64,000 bases of DNA from Octopus bimaculoides. Lineage: Eukaryota. The number at the start of each line of letters is the position of its first letter. Position 1 is the stretch's first letter. The translations under genes and the position numbers were made by a program. The notes below the pieces were generated by a model. The model worked only from the letters and a program-made list of their open reading frames with translations, did not search any database and had not been told where the DNA came from. Below are positions 12,664-26,982 of this stretch, one piece after another. The stretch covers positions 36,002,999-36,066,998 of the forward strand of contig NC_068993.1 in assembly GCF_001194135.2 (NCBI RefSeq), read 5' to 3'.

Positions 12664-14717
12664 CCTTGTAGTCATCAATTTATAGATGGTTAAGAAGAAC
12701 ATCGATTTTTAGAGGCTTCATCTACTCCGAGAAGAGGCTGCGAGGGCGAATGGCGCAAATTCCAAGCCAAAAATAAAAAAATGTTAAAAGAAAAGGTTAG
12801 TTAATCGTTTGGTCCGTTGGTCGTTTGGTCGGTAGGTCGGTCGTTTGGTCGGTTTTGCATCTTCATTCTTTTCTTTCGATCAAAGTGATATTTTAATACG
12901 TTGGAACAGTTGTTTGTAAGGTAAACAAACATTGACCCAGCATGTCACAGTTTTATTTTCTATACACAACAGTCAACCATTATCACGTACAAGTCGCTTT
13001 ATGAATCATTGCAATCAATTTCAGAAGAAAAATAATTTAAAATAAAAAACAAAATCTCTTCGATATCAGATCTATAACCTACAGAAAAACCAATTGAATT
13101 TTGTCATAATTCAAGATTTGCTTTGATTTTTCTTTATATCCACTGTGACACTTTTTCGTCTTCTTGACAAACTATTAAACTACGTAACGATCTAATATGA
13201 TTTCTGTCTACTAATTCTTCTCAATGTATCCACATATTAATACAATTTGTATCATAAAAAAAAGCCTAATCTCTTGTGCATACATAAACGTTTACTTCAA
13301 ACTTATACAGCTGCTCTTTGTGGCTGACTACTAGTATAATACACGTGTATGTGTATAAACACACACGCACATACACATAAATATATATACATACATATAT
13401 ACATGTGAGTGCGTAAGACATAGACACATGTACATATGCATATACAAATACATATATATGTGTGTGTGTGTGTAATTGCTGTTTTTACCAGCGTTCACCT
13501 CAATGCGTAAACAGTACAAATCAAATTAAAGATGGTGGCGGATAGTAAAGTATTTTAAAACTTTTCGGTCGAAAAGGGATTTACTGAGATGTTTCACTTC
13601 TACGTTCACTTATGTATCAATGCTTAATATATTCAAATATTCCAGGAAGCAATATTTCAGAACTGAATAGAAAAACTAGTTTCTGCTCTGCTTTTTTTTT
13701 TTTCTCCATCACACTAACTTTTTTTTATTGTTAGTTAAGATTGCTTTTGTGCTGGTTAACATGAAAGAATCTTGATTCTTTCTCACTGAGTCTTCTTGTA
13801 ATAGAATTGATTAAACATCATTGCAGTATGAACGTGTCTGTCATGGTTGATGGTTAACAAAGAAGTTAAAATCATCAACGCAAGCTATTATATTACTCGT
13901 TCTTCTTGCTGCTTCACTGTTCAGCTATCTTTACATAACTAGGTACAACGCATCTGCCCAGTTGAACATTTTTGCCCTTTGACAACACGTCTGACACTAG
14001 CACAGCACAAGCTGTAAAAGCCCAAATGATACCCAACTTAAACTTTTACACCGATCAACCGATATAACTGGCAAGCTCGTTAATTTAAGCATTCTTTATG
14101 TGATTCCGTTGTTACACTTACCTTCAAAATACAGTGAACCAGTATTTGACCAACTGGAAACCTGAAACAAACGACGCTATTGTTCACCACTTGAAATATA
14201 AAATAAAAAACAGTATGTCTACAATACATTACCTCATGATCAACAACACCGTGGATAATGTATTTTAATATATTATCCATGCTGTTATTCACCAGTGTGT
14301 CTAAATTATATTATCTAATAAGGTCTTACCTTTTTTAAGACGTTAGAGTTCCCTTAGAAATAAAAAATAAAAACACGATTTATTGTAATGTCTTTATTCA
14401 AGCATTGTAAATTGTAGAGTTACTTGCAAGTAACAATGTTTCAGGCAAAACTCTTCATCGAAGAAACTAGCAAACCAGGTGGTAAGTCAACCAAACAATC
14501 TCCATAACTATATATCAACAAACTAAAAATGGAGTCCATAAGAGGGTATCTACGTAGTCACATGACCTGGTAGAAATAGCAGTTAAATCTCCTTCAAATT
14601 GTACCATACCCTTAAAATGAAGGAACACATTGGATAAAAGTCTTGGACGGGCTGTTCATTGTTTCAGTTTGAACAAGAACAACAATGAAGTCCTAAGCAG
14701 TCGGCAAGCTTCTAGAG

Positions 14718-15035
14718 CGGGGGTTCTCAACTATTCTTTTATCTTTGGTCCCTTTGATTACTATTGTATTTTGGTGGACCCCCATAGACATTCAATGTTT
14801 AAAAACTAGTTTTAGAGATTTTTCTTTCTAAATTCCTATTTTCTTTTTCACAAATTTACTTAGTATGTTGAATTGTGTAGAATGTTAGAGAAAGAAACCA
14901 ATTATTTTCTTGCAATAAACACAGAGTATTTTTTTTACCGTTACTATACTACTGTGAATCCCCACTATATTATTTTGGTTGTGTGTATCTTATATAGATC
15001 CCTGTGGTCATATGGACCCCGGTTGAGAACCACAG
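14718..15035 (+). mobile_element. hAT (Charlie-like) MITE with 8-bp TSD
   Basis: Termini CGGGGGTTCTCAAC and GTTGAGAACCACAG; TTCTAGAG at both 14710-14717 and 15036-15043. Confidence 0.9.
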
Positions 15036-15360
15036 TTCTAGAGCGTCATTCGATCTAGTTAATGAAGCAGTCGAATCTTCTACAAATTTATAATCATTTT
15101 TACATTGGAAGATCACTTGTTCTTAAATCTTAGAAGAGCATGCCTCTGAATTAATTAATACATGATAATCGGGGTACCAGATGTTCTTAAATCATGACCT
15201 TACATAAATTAACGCATGACAATCTCAGCTAAGTTTCTAATCAAACAAGTTTTCTGAAGTCGTTTGGTTTGTGATTGGCGGATTTCGATTATTTCTGGAA
15301 AAGGATCAAGTTAACAAAAAATGAATATTTTAGAGTAGACGTAAACTATAATTCTTCGAG

Positions 15361-15363
15361 TTT

Positions 15364-15450
<87 letters not shown>
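15361..15450. repeat. (GTT)n-(GAT)n microsatellite
   Basis: Visible runs. Confidence 0.9.
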
Positions 15451-15586
15451 CTGTTATTGCTGTTGTGTGTTAGTATTATTCTTATTTAACCCTACATAGA
15501 CTTCTGATGTGGCAGATTTATGATAAAAGGATTACATCTTATTTTCAAACATACTGCTTCTAATCAATACTGCTTCAATGTATATA

Positions 15587-15897
15587 CTAGCTTAAAAGCC
15601 GCACCCCGTGCGGACTTTTTGGCTAACTTTTGCGGAGGGCTAATTGGGCCTGCGGCCCAAAACTAAAGGGAACTAAATAAAACTATATGTCTATAATTAC
15701 TATATTTCCCGGTGGTGTTTGATCATAGTTTATGGACGGGTGAGAATTAATTCTCTAATGCAATCATTCTATTGCTCCACTCCCAAGTTGAATTCCAACT
15801 GTTGATCAATTTGTCCCAAAGTTTTTAACGAAGTGAATGTCATTTATCTCCCTCTGAGAAACGCCAAGCAAAATGACTGAATTTGCCAAGCTTTACT
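15587..15897 (-). mobile_element. Non-autonomous Helitron-like element (3' portion)
   Basis: Minus strand ends in hairpin CCGCAC-GGG-GTGCGG, then CTTTTAAG, then CTAG|T; alignable in inverted orientation with 22519-22845. Confidence 0.7.
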
Positions 15898-16010
15898 TGC
15901 TAGAAATAGCAACACAAATGCTTTTAAATCAGATCCCAATGCTACTACTACTACAACTACTACTACTAATATTATTATTATTATTACTACTACTACTATT
16001 ATTATTATAA

Positions 16011-16657
<647 letters not shown>

Positions 16658-16667
16658 NNNNNNNNNN

Positions 16668-17520
16668 TGTTTCTGTTTTTAGATTCCACATTCGAGTTAC
16701 CTCTATTTCCAGGTCTTTGTATTTTGAAAGTTTCTCCATTTCTTTTAGGGAAACGTTGTCATCTGCTGGTATTGATACATCAAGTAGAAAGCATTCTTTT
16801 CTTCATGATTTCTGACAACTATATCTGGCCTATTAGCCTTACAACTATATCTGGCCTATTAGCCTTAATTTCTCTATCTGTGTGCATTGGCATATTTCCC
16901 AGAGTATGGTTGTTTTCTCGTTTTCTGTGACCCTTTTCTGACGTGTGTCTATACCATCTTTTTTCTGTTGTTATTCCATAGTGTTGGCATAGCTTCCAGT
17001 GTATGTAGATCCCAGCTCTGTCGCGTTTGATGTCATCCATGAATAATAAGTGGTTGACTTTTTGTAGGCGGCTTTTGAATACATACTCAGCCTTTGCTTT
17101 CCTCGGAATCAATGTTACTGGTATCATGCACAGTACAAAGATCAGTGGGAACAGGCAGTCCCCTTGGAAGATGCCTCTCCTGGTTTCTATTGACCCTAAA
17201 CTTCTTCCATATGCTGTTAGTTCGGTCCTCCACTTCGCCACACTTTTTCCAAGCAATCGCTCAACATTCGATGCAATACCAAATAGGTTCATACATTCCA
17301 TAATCCAAGAATGTGGGATCATATCGTACGCCTTACAATAATCGATCCATGACATGGCTGCGTTACTTTTCCTCCTCTTGCAGTTCTAAGTACAGTTTGT
17401 CCTACCAGGAGTTGATCCTTGGTACCTCTGCACTTACGCTTGAAACCCTACTGCTCATGTGGCAGCACTCCATTTTCTCCAGATGTTCGTACATTGACTC
17501 TGCGACTATTCCAGTCAATA
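16668..17520 (-). mobile_element. R4/Dong-clade copy C with about 1 kb internal deletion
   Basis: ORF 16819..17355: WIDYCKAYDMIPHSW, RGIFQGDCLFPL, HLLFMDDI fused to RDRAGIYIHWKLC and RPDIVV; 26-bp tandem duplication at 16815-16866. Confidence 0.9.
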
Positions 17521-17524
17521 TTAC

Positions 17525-17573
<49 letters not shown>

Positions 17574-17574
17574 T

Positions 17575-19241
17575 ACTTTTAATCTGCATGTTTGTTACAG
17601 TCACTTGCCGAGACACACCTAGTGTCATGGGGAGAGTGAAGGATAAGAGATGTTACAGTATGACTGAAAGATTGGAAAGGGGAATTAGCGAAATATCTTC
17701 ATGTAATACAACACCGATATTTAAATGGTTAGGGTTTTTCTAAGGATGTGGGTAGTGCTTGTCAGTACAATCTGTTAGGTTTCTCTGAGACATGATTCTC
17801 CTGGTATCTTATCTATATGTTTCTGACATCGCTTCTTTATCCTACCTAGGGAACCTGCAATAACAGGAACAGTTCGCGTTTTAAGATGCCACATCTTTTG
17901 TATTTCAATTTCCAGGTCCTTATATTTACTTGGTTTGTCAAATTCCTTGACAGATATATTTTCATCAGTGGGAACACTTACATCTATTAGTCTGTCTACA
18001 AGTATTTTCTTCCCTTGTCTTTAATAATTATGTCTGGTCAATTAGCCTGGATCGTTCTGTCGCTATTGATTGGAAAATCCCAGAGGATAGGGACATTTTT
18101 ACCTTCAACGACTGGCTCAAGGTGATGTTCATACCTGTAAGCAGGAGTGCTGATTTTTTAGTGTGTACATATTTTCCAATGTAAATATTGTCCTACCCTA
18201 TCGTGGCGACTTTTGTATTCATTTGGTGTCAGCACAGAAAATAGCGAGACGAGATGGTCTATTGTTTCGTCAAATGTGTCGCAGAATCTGCATATAGGGT
18301 GAGAGCCGTTTTGAAGAACGTTAGCCTGGTAGCTGTTAGTGAGCAAGCTTTGATCTTGTGCCGCCAATATGAAACCTTCAGTCTCTGCTTTCAGTCCTGA
18401 GCTTCTCAGCCATTGTTGGGTTGTTGCTTGATCTACATCAGCATTTCGAATTCGGAGTATATACTATCCATGCACTCCTCAATTTGTTTCTGCTCGTTCT
18501 TTCTTGCAGTCTGTTTGATTCATTTTGCTTGTTTTGTGGCAGTGATTTCAGGTTCTTCAAATATTTCAGGATTAATGCCAAGTTTCCTTGCGAATTTGCA
18601 AGCTTCCTTGAATGTGATCTTTTGCTGCTTTCATGTTTGCACACAAGTCGCAGCGTCCAGTCCTCTGTACTGGATAAGTACCAGTTCATTGCTATTGTGG
18701 AGGTCTTATAGCACAGTTCTACCTGCATCATTCCTCTTCCCCCATTACTTCTAGGTAGGTACAGATGATCAACATCTGCTTTTGGATGGTGCATGTTCTT
18801 AGATGTTAGTAGTTTTTTTGTCTTCCTGTCAAGCCGTTGGAGTTCTGTAAGATTCCAGTTAATGATGTTAAAACTGTATTGGATTACTGGAAGTGCCCGA
18901 ATGTTAATGGCTTCAATGCGATTTTTAGAGTTGATTTCAGTTTTTAGTATGAGTTTTATTCTCCTGTAATATTCCTTTCTTATTTTTCCTTCATGGTAGG
19001 ATGTTGTATACCATCTCATTCGTTTATCCCCAGGTATTTGTAATTTTCTTGTGGATCAAGTTCTTTGATGGTAGTGTCGGTATCTAATTTAATGGAAGCT
19101 GTTTGCCTGATCTTACCTCTTACAAAAGTTGCTTTAGCACACTTATCAAGGCCAAAATCCATCCCGATGTCATTACTGAATTCTTTAACAGATGTTTGCA
19201 GCACTACTAGCTCTTCGTTATTTCTAACAAGCAGCTTCACA

Positions 19242-19243
<2 letters not shown>
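17575..19243 (-). mobile_element. R4/Dong-clade copy D, 5'-truncated and frameshifted
   Basis: ORFs with FGLDKCAKATF, YKYLG, MHHPKADVDHLYLPRSNGGRG, CRFCDTFDETIDHLVS, RHDRVGQYLHWKIC and SKYKDLEIEI; the 3' UTR abuts (TTA)n at 17521-17574. Confidence 0.93.
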
Positions 19244-19276
<33 letters not shown>

Positions 19277-20449
19277 NNNNNNNNNNNNNNNNNNNNNNNN
19301 NNNNNNNNNNNNNNNNNNNNNNNNNNNNNNNNNNNNNNNNNNNNNNNNNNNNNNNNNNNNNNNNNNNNNNNNNNNNNNNNNNNNNNNNNNNNNNNNNNNN
19401 NNNNNNNNNNNNNNNNNNNNNNNNNNNNNNNNNNNNNNNNNNNNNNNNNNNNNNNNNNNNNNNNNNNNNNNNNNNNNNNNNNNNNNNNNNNNNNNNNNNN
19501 NNNNNNNNNNNNNNNNNNNNNNNNNNNNNNNNNNNNNNNNNNNNNNNNNNNNNNNNNNNNNNNNNNNNNNNNNNNNNNNNNNNNNNNNNNNNNNNNNNNN
19601 NNNNNNNNNNNNNNNNNNNNNNNNNNNNNNNNNNNNNNNNNNNNNNNNNNNNNNNNNNNNNNNNNNNNNNNNNNNNNNNNNNNNNNNNNNNNNNNNNNNN
19701 NNNNNNNNNNNNNNNNNNNNNNNNNNNNNNNNNNNNNNNNNNNNNNNNNNNNNNNNNNNNNNNNNNNNNNNNNNNNNNNNNNNNNNNNNNNNNNNNNNNN
19801 NNNNNNNNNNNNNNNNNNNNNNNNNNNNNNNNNNNNNNNNNNNNNNNNNNNNNNNNNNNNNNNNNNNNNNNNNNNNNNNNNNNNNNNNNNNNNNNNNNNN
19901 NNNNNNNNNNNNNNNNNNNNNNNNNNNNNNNNNNNNNNNNNNNNNNNNNNNNNNNNNNNNNNNNNNNNNNNNNNNNNNNNNNNNNNNNNNNNNNNNNNNN
20001 NNNNNNNNNNNNNNNNNNNNNNNNNNNNNNNNNNNNNNNNNNNNNNNNNNNNNNNNNNNNNNNNNNNNNNNNNNNNNAATTAAATTAAACAATGGGGTAA
20101 AAAAAAATTGGATATTAATTAATACCAATTTAATACCAGGTAACTAGCACATTAAAAGAATCAGGGAGATTCAGAAAAATATCTGAGATCTCAAGGATTA
20201 TTGTATATGTTTATATAAAGATATATACGAGTATATATACAGGAGACCAGTAGGTGGACTGGTCAAGCGCTAGAAAAAGATCACATGTCATGTGTCTCCT
20301 AAGACCGAATAATTCTCAAAGGGAATTTAGCGAAGCAACAAAAACGTAAAGCGGGCAAGACCAGTGAAAATTACACAAAAAAAAATACAATTATCTGCAA
20401 ACTTCGGCGAAATTTGAACTCAGAATATGAAGACGGACGAAATGTGGCT

Positions 20450-21442
20450 CACCGTCTTTGTATTTGCATATGTTGATAGACATATAGGTATGCACGCACG
20501 TACACACACACAAACACACTCACACATCACACACAAACACAGACACACACATTAATCTAACTGCATACATTATATATGTAAATATTTGTTTGTGTACATG
20601 CGTGTATGCTAGTGTATGCATGGGTATGAAGCATCTATGTGTGAAATTCATTCAAGAATTTCTCGTCTAGTCCAGAAATTTCTATATTTCTTCATATTGT
20701 CATTATGACGTCACAATATCGAAAACGTTTTCTTCAAAGCCTTCGTTTCAAATAATATTCAGTCTCTTTCAGCCTTTCGTGGTGATTAGAGGCTAGGGAA
20801 CACCTGAAGACTAGAGTGAAGTCAGAGTCATCTTCACCTTGCTTTTGTGTTTGTGGGGATATACTGAACAGACCCTCACAAGTATGTCCACCACACAATT
20901 GTTTCCTCGTAACTTTCAGAAAAAAAATGGATATCTTTCAAGGAAATATTCTACAAATTCCTCTCAGATATCGTACATTACAACGATCGGAATTTAATGT
21001 GAAAACAATAGATGTCGCGAACACATATAGAGTGACAGACACCAATTTTTTTCGAAATTTCAAGTTCCATTTTGTGGATATATTTGTTATGTGTGTCAGT
21101 ATATATGTGTGTACTTACTTTCGCAAATTTTTCCCGTTTCTTTTACACATTAAATTCCGATATAATTGTACTCTACACCATCTGAGAGGAATTTGTAGAA
21201 AATTTCTTTAAAAATATACCCATTTTTCTGGAAGTTATCAGGAAACACGGGGACACAATTGTGTGAGTCTGGCGTTTTATGCACCTTTGAGTTCTTAAAC
21301 ACCCTTTGCAACATGCTGGTTGGTACCATAACATAGTTACAAGGTGTCCGGTATTGTTCCTTCAACCGTATGAACTTTTAGCCAGGCAATTTCAGGGCAG
21401 GAAACCTGGAGGTTGCAACCAGAAACGATATTTCATTCTCGA
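20450..21442 (-). mobile_element. Non-autonomous Helitron-like repeat, copy 1 (3' end lost)
   Basis: Starts A|TCGAGAATGAAA on the minus strand; two blocks (about 21270-21440 and 20630-20880) align with the inverted copy at 24483-24900. Confidence 0.55.
20706..20713. promoter_or_regulatory. Perfect CRE-type palindrome TGACGTCA inside a repeat (also at 22326-22333 and 24807-24814)
   Basis: The sequence match is direct; function is untested. Confidence 0.25.
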
Positions 21443-21574
21443 TATATTCACACAGAATATTTCGTTGTAAATAATCGTCTAACTGTAAGGAGATATGAGA
21501 GTAAGGATCGGTAAATAAAAATCACACATGAAATATTCCTTTCTATTGTAGGAAACAAGGCTTGAAATTAGGTG

Positions 21575-21735
21575 GAGTGAGTAGTCGATCATATTGACCC
21601 CAACGCTTGACTGATACTTATCTTATCAATCACAAAAGGATCAAACGAACCGTCGACCTCGACAGAATTTGAACGCAGATTGCGAAGGCGGATGAAGTGC
21701 TGCTGGCGTGCTAACCAGTCTGCAGCTTATCACCC
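21575..21735 (-). mobile_element. Degenerate tRNA-derived SINE
   Basis: Similar to the 36210-36442 family (gtcgacctcg..gaatttgaac..gcgtgctaac). Confidence 0.7.
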
Positions 21736-22029
21736 TATGAACACGAAATAATGGTTACTCAACATATAGTCCACGGGTAGACGCAGAGAGAAGAGTAAAA
21801 ACTAGGTAAGTGTTTAAATAAAACACAAGTTTGCTGCCATGGAAACGTTTCATATTTTCTTCATATTTCTTATTATAATAAAAGTGAATTTCTGTCTGTC
21901 TACGACCCCTCTATCTCAGTCGACATTTGCTCTACATAAGACATACTGTACCTTTTTAGAATCAGAATGATCCCGGGATTGGACGAAATGGCGAAAAGCA
22001 TTTTGCCCGGTGTGCTAACGATTCTACCA

Positions 22030-22520
22030 GCTCACCGCCTTTGTAGCAGTATATGTTGATAAACTGATGGGTATGCACACACACACGCACACACACACAC
22101 ACACACACACATGCGCACAAATGCGTATATACACACAAATACACGCACACACACACACATTAATGCAAATACATACTTCATATGTATAAATATATAGAAA
22201 AAAGAAAAAAAAACATTAAGATATTTTGAGAGGAATTGCGTGCGCATGTAGCGTCTATCTGTGAAATTCATTCAAGAATTTCTCGTCTAGTCCAGAGATT
22301 CCTATATTTCTTCATATTGTCATTATGACGTCACAATATCGAAAACGTTTTTTCTCCAAGGCCTCCGTTTCAAATAATATTCAGTCCCTTTCAACCTTTC
22401 GCGGTGATTAGAGGCTAGGGAATGTGTGAGCCGGGGGACGCACCTGAAGACTAGAGTGAAGTCAGAGTCATCTTCACCTTGTTTTTGATGTTTATAGGGA
22501 TATTTTGAGCAGACCCTCAG
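22030..22520 (-). repeat. Direct duplicate of 20445-20880 (repeat body plus CA-rich tract next to a SINE head)
   Basis: Long near-identical stretches, e.g. gtgaaattcattcaagaatttctcgtctagtccag and cacctgaagactagagtgaagtcagagtcatcttcacctt. Confidence 0.85.
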
Positions 22521-22845
22521 CTTGGCAAATTCATGTCTTCTTGGTCGGCGTTTGTTAGATGACATCAGAGATGAAGGGGAGATAAATGACATTCACTTCG
22601 TTAATTTTACGTCCAGGTCAAAAGCTGACCAACAGTTGGAATTCAACTTGGGACTGGAACAATAGAATAATTGCATTATAGAATTAATTCTCCTCCATCC
22701 TTAACCTCTGATCAAACACCAGCAGGGCATATAATCATTATTATAGTTATGCTATTTAGCTGTCCTTAGCTTTGTGTCGCAGGCCCAGTTAATCTTCCGC
22801 AGGAGCTAGTTTAAAAGTCCGCACGGAATACAGCTTTTAAGCTAG
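22519..22845 (+). mobile_element. Non-autonomous Helitron-like element (3' portion)
   Basis: Ends GTCCGCACGGAATACAGCTTTTAAG-CTAG|T; inverted homolog of 15587-15897. Confidence 0.65.
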
Positions 22846-22975
22846 TCTCTAATAAAGTTAAGTGGTTTCCTCATTAATTTTCGATAAATACCATATACCC
22901 ACTATAGCTTCAAATACAATTTGACAATATGGCTTACAATATGTTTGGGACTAAGAATGTCGTTTATGTGCAACA

Positions 22976-22978
<3 letters not shown>

Positions 22979-23059
<81 letters not shown>

Positions 23060-23080
23060 TCTCTCACACACACACACACA
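22979..23080. repeat. (CT)n-(CA)n microsatellite
   Basis: Visible runs. Confidence 0.95.
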
Positions 23081-24482
23081 TACTCGCCCGCGCAAACTTT
23101 GTGGGCTTTCTTGAAGTTACTTTTCTCCATAAACTTTAGCTCATTTAAATTGTCCAATGTTTCTTCCTTACATCTTTTCGTATCAACCCTTAAACACTGA
23201 GGCAGGTACCTCCGGTACTTAAAGTATTAGAAATGAGAAACATGAAGCCACCGACTGTCTCAGTAAGATAAAAACTCACCCCTTTGACCCTAAATACAAC
23301 CAATCTCCTTTCTTTCATGCCTTTTGTAAGATAAATATTTTAAAGAATGTTCTTCATTGATATTTTCCCATGTCTTTTGTGTTAATTCATTTATGTAGTG
23401 AGCGAGATTTAACTGTTATTTCTAGCGGACCTTGAAACCACCTGATGGATCTCCAGTCGAACAAATTGTATAAACAAGAGGAATCCACACGAGATTCTGA
23501 AGAGAAATAGCTGAGTGTAGTGAATCGTATGGAATCTAAGAGATTGGGTACAACAAGCACCATGAGAAAAGAGAGACGACTGGGACCAATTGTAGTGCGA
23601 AGACGGCATGAATCCAGCCAGTTCCGCAGTGCAGGGAGAAGACTTAGCTCGTTTATGGCGAAAGACAACCAGTGTAGCTTTTTTACTCGGTACAGTCTAG
23701 TATGACTATATGTGCAGCAACAGCTCCGTTGCAAATGTGATGAAAGTAATAAGACGTGTGGTGGTGGTGGTGGTGGTGGTGCTGCTTGTACGAATTGCGT
23801 GTTTTGTCCCAAGGAAGTGAGTAAAATTGCAGCTGCTGCGCATGCATAGTTTCTTGCATTGATAAAACTGGCATATTCTGGGGTATCATGCGTTTATAGA
23901 TTTTGTTTTATTTACTGTTGGCAGATTTATCATGGAGGTGGACAGTGGTGGGAAGAAAGGTGTGACAGTTAGTAGTAGTTATGGTTGTAGCAGTAGAATG
24001 TTATGGCAATGATGATGATGATAATGGGTCAGTTGTAGTATTCAGAGAAAATGAAGAATGTACATAGCTGCACAATGAAGGCAATTTCGTTGTGAAGAAT
24101 TCCCTTGAGAATATTATGACCAGCTTCATCAGTGAACATTTTGGGCTTTCTTTTATTCATTTTGTCCTTTCTTCTTGTTTTGAGAAGAAACCTAACTCCA
24201 AGCAACTTTTTACAGATCAATATTTAGACACTATTTTCTAAATCTGGCAAAGTATGAAGGGGGTGCAAATTTTGATTTTGCACCCCCTAAAAACCTTTAG
24301 TGGGTGCAAGCGCACCACCTGCACCTCATGCTCCTTGGCCCTTGGTTACATTCTGTTGAAATAGGCATTAATTATATGCTAAGTGACAATTATTTCATGT
24401 TCTACATATTGATTGTATTTAACGTTATTGTTATTTCTCTTTACTATCACAGAACTGAGATAAATCATTCTGCAGAAATGTA

Positions 24483-25022
24483 TAGAGAGTGAGGAATGTT
24501 TCTGGTTGACCCTACCACCCCGCCTGGGTTTCTTGTACTGGAATCGCCTGGCTAAAAGTTCGTACAGTTACAGTAACACTACTGTATACCTCGTAACTAT
24601 GTTATGCTACCAACCAGCATGTTACATTGGGTGTTTAAAAACTTAAAGGTACAATAAAACATCCCCACAAACACTGGTGAAGACGACTCTCACTTCACAC
24701 GTCTTCAACTGCTTGAGTACCCCTCACGCCCTCTAGCGTACACATTCCTTAAAGAGACTAAAGATTTGTTTTAAAACAAAATCCACGAGAAACGTCATCG
24801 ATATTATGACGTCATAATCACAAAACAAGAATGATTGAAATTTCTTTGGATAAGACGGAAGATGTTTAAATCTCACAGATATACACACACATGCACAAAC
24901 GCGCATTAGTAAACATACACACACACATCTACATATGTGTGTGTGTGCGCGTGCCCGCTTTTATAGAGCCCTCCGCAGGAGCTAGCCAAAGTGTCTACGG
25001 AGTGCGGCTTTTAAGGTGCAAG
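24483..25022 (+). mobile_element. Non-autonomous Helitron-like repeat, copy 3, with degenerate Helitron 3' end
   Basis: Body aligns inversely with 20630-21440; ends ctccgcaggagctagccaaa..cggagtgcggcttttaag, shared with the ends at 15587 and 22845. Confidence 0.55.
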
Positions 25023-26625
25023 TATATATATATATATATATATAAATATATACACACACACACACANNNNNNNNNNNNNNNNNNNNNNNNNNNNNNNNNN
25101 NNNNNNNNNNNNNNNNNNNNNNNNNNNNNNNNNNNNNNNNNNNNNNNNNNNNNNNNNNNNNNNNNNNNNNNNNNNNNNNNNNNNNNNNNNNNNNNNNNNN
25201 NNNNNNNNNNNNNNNNNNNNNNNNNNNNNTATATATATATATATATGCTATTCTTGTGTTGTGAGGATGGTGTCTGGTCACTCAGCAGGACTAAAAACAA
25301 GACCTGTCTAAAGGCAGATGAGCTCGCTGTGGGCCAACGGCCATCCTGATGGGAAAGATAATGGCAAACCATCCCAATATCTCTCAAGCAAACATTATGA
25401 GAAGGTTAGAACAAAGTATCTCTCTGGCTTCATCCGACTGGAGAACTCGCGCTTAATCGGAAAGTCTTTTATTTTTGTATCTTCAACGCGTTGCGAAAGT
25501 GTACGATACATGACGCGGATAGTATGCTTAAGATTATATTACCCAATATATGCTACTTTCTATTAAGATGACACAGTAAAATCTGAAGGAGATTTGTTTG
25601 CTATCTCCTGCAGATCGAGTAACCACGTCGGCTTGCGTATATTTGATGTATATTAGTGGCCATTAGACTTGATACATAACCCAAATATTTATATCGTGAA
25701 CATACGAACGGTACGTAATGTCATTCATGTCATCCTCAAGAGTAGAACTGGTATAAATGTAAGGAAATGGCTTCGAATACAAGAATCGAAATCTTGTGGC
25801 GGATATTTGAGTCGCAGGCAGTTTTATTACCTATTCAGTGATGACGTTCATCAACGAGTGTTGTCTTTCTATCTGCATGCTGGCATCCTATAATCGAAGA
25901 TGAGACAACTCTCTTATTACCAACCAAGTTCTATTTTTAATCAATTTTTATCTAATTTAAATTTCAGTGTTGGTTCCCCTGCTAGTTTTCACAGGAGAAA
26001 AAAATCATTACTCTAATGATCTATTCTTCCTTTCTTCCTTTCTTCCTTGATACGTTGATTAATTAGATCAAACTGAATTAATAAGCATTTCTTGCCTTAA
26101 TTCACAATACATGCTAGAACACCATTTGCATTGAAAGCAAACGGTGTCTGGATATTTTCCCCTACTGTTATACTTAAACATAATTTGCATTAGAGCGAAA
26201 CTTTTAACGGCTGAAGAGGCAAGATGAAACTAAATAAGCAAACAATTGCTTTATTTCTAGGTTTCCAGACACGAAGCATAAACACACAAAGAACTCCGTA
26301 GGTTGGTTCGTTATTTCACGTGACACACTCCCTCCTAAATTAATAAAATGATCATAATTTTGGCGTCGTTCCTGAAAGGACTGTGCCATATTCGATAATG
26401 TGTTCTTTGGAAATTATTCATGCAAAAAGACTTAAGGAATTCTTTGAAGCCAACTATCTCAATCTAATTACCAAGAATTTACTTCATTTGGTCATTTGGT
26501 TAATCTGAAGAGGCTGTCGTGACTGAAGCTTATGTTGTGAAGAATATATAATCCAATCACGCGAAGACTATGGATAAATGCACTAAAGATTCGTCTTCTT
26601 TCCGTCCAAATGTGCATCATATATA

Positions 26626-26678
<53 letters not shown>

Positions 26679-26932
26679 ATAAGCACACATACACACACAT
26701 GAAGGTGTGATCGTAAAAACAAATAACCACAGACTTGAAGAAAAAAAATTAACTGAATGGATATTTATAAAGAAATGAGTGTAATATATAATTTTCTGTT
26801 TGAGTTGAAAGCTAAATTATGAACGAAATATCTATCACTTCATCTTAAGAATCGTCGTAAAAATAATAATAATGATGATGATGATAATAATAATAATCTA
26901 GCATAACTTTTTTATCAAATACACGCACGGTG

Positions 26933-26982
<50 letters not shown>

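Noticed and set aside
14425-14466. Minus-strand CGAUGAAGAG..CCUGAAAC hammerhead look-alike
   Set aside because: Stem II is mismatched and stem I does not close; at best a dead relic.
23387-23812. Unique-looking ORFs as a host exon
   Set aside because: No recognisable domain in any frame and no convincing splice-site pair that preserves a reading frame.
24259-24287. 11-bp GGGGGTGCAAA/TTTGCACCCCC hairpin as a terminator
   Set aside because: The context is eukaryotic; most likely an internal palindrome of an unclassified DNA-transposon fragment.
26205-26240. CUGAAGA-GGCAAGAU-GAAAC motif
   Set aside because: No stem II, stem III or stem I pairing.
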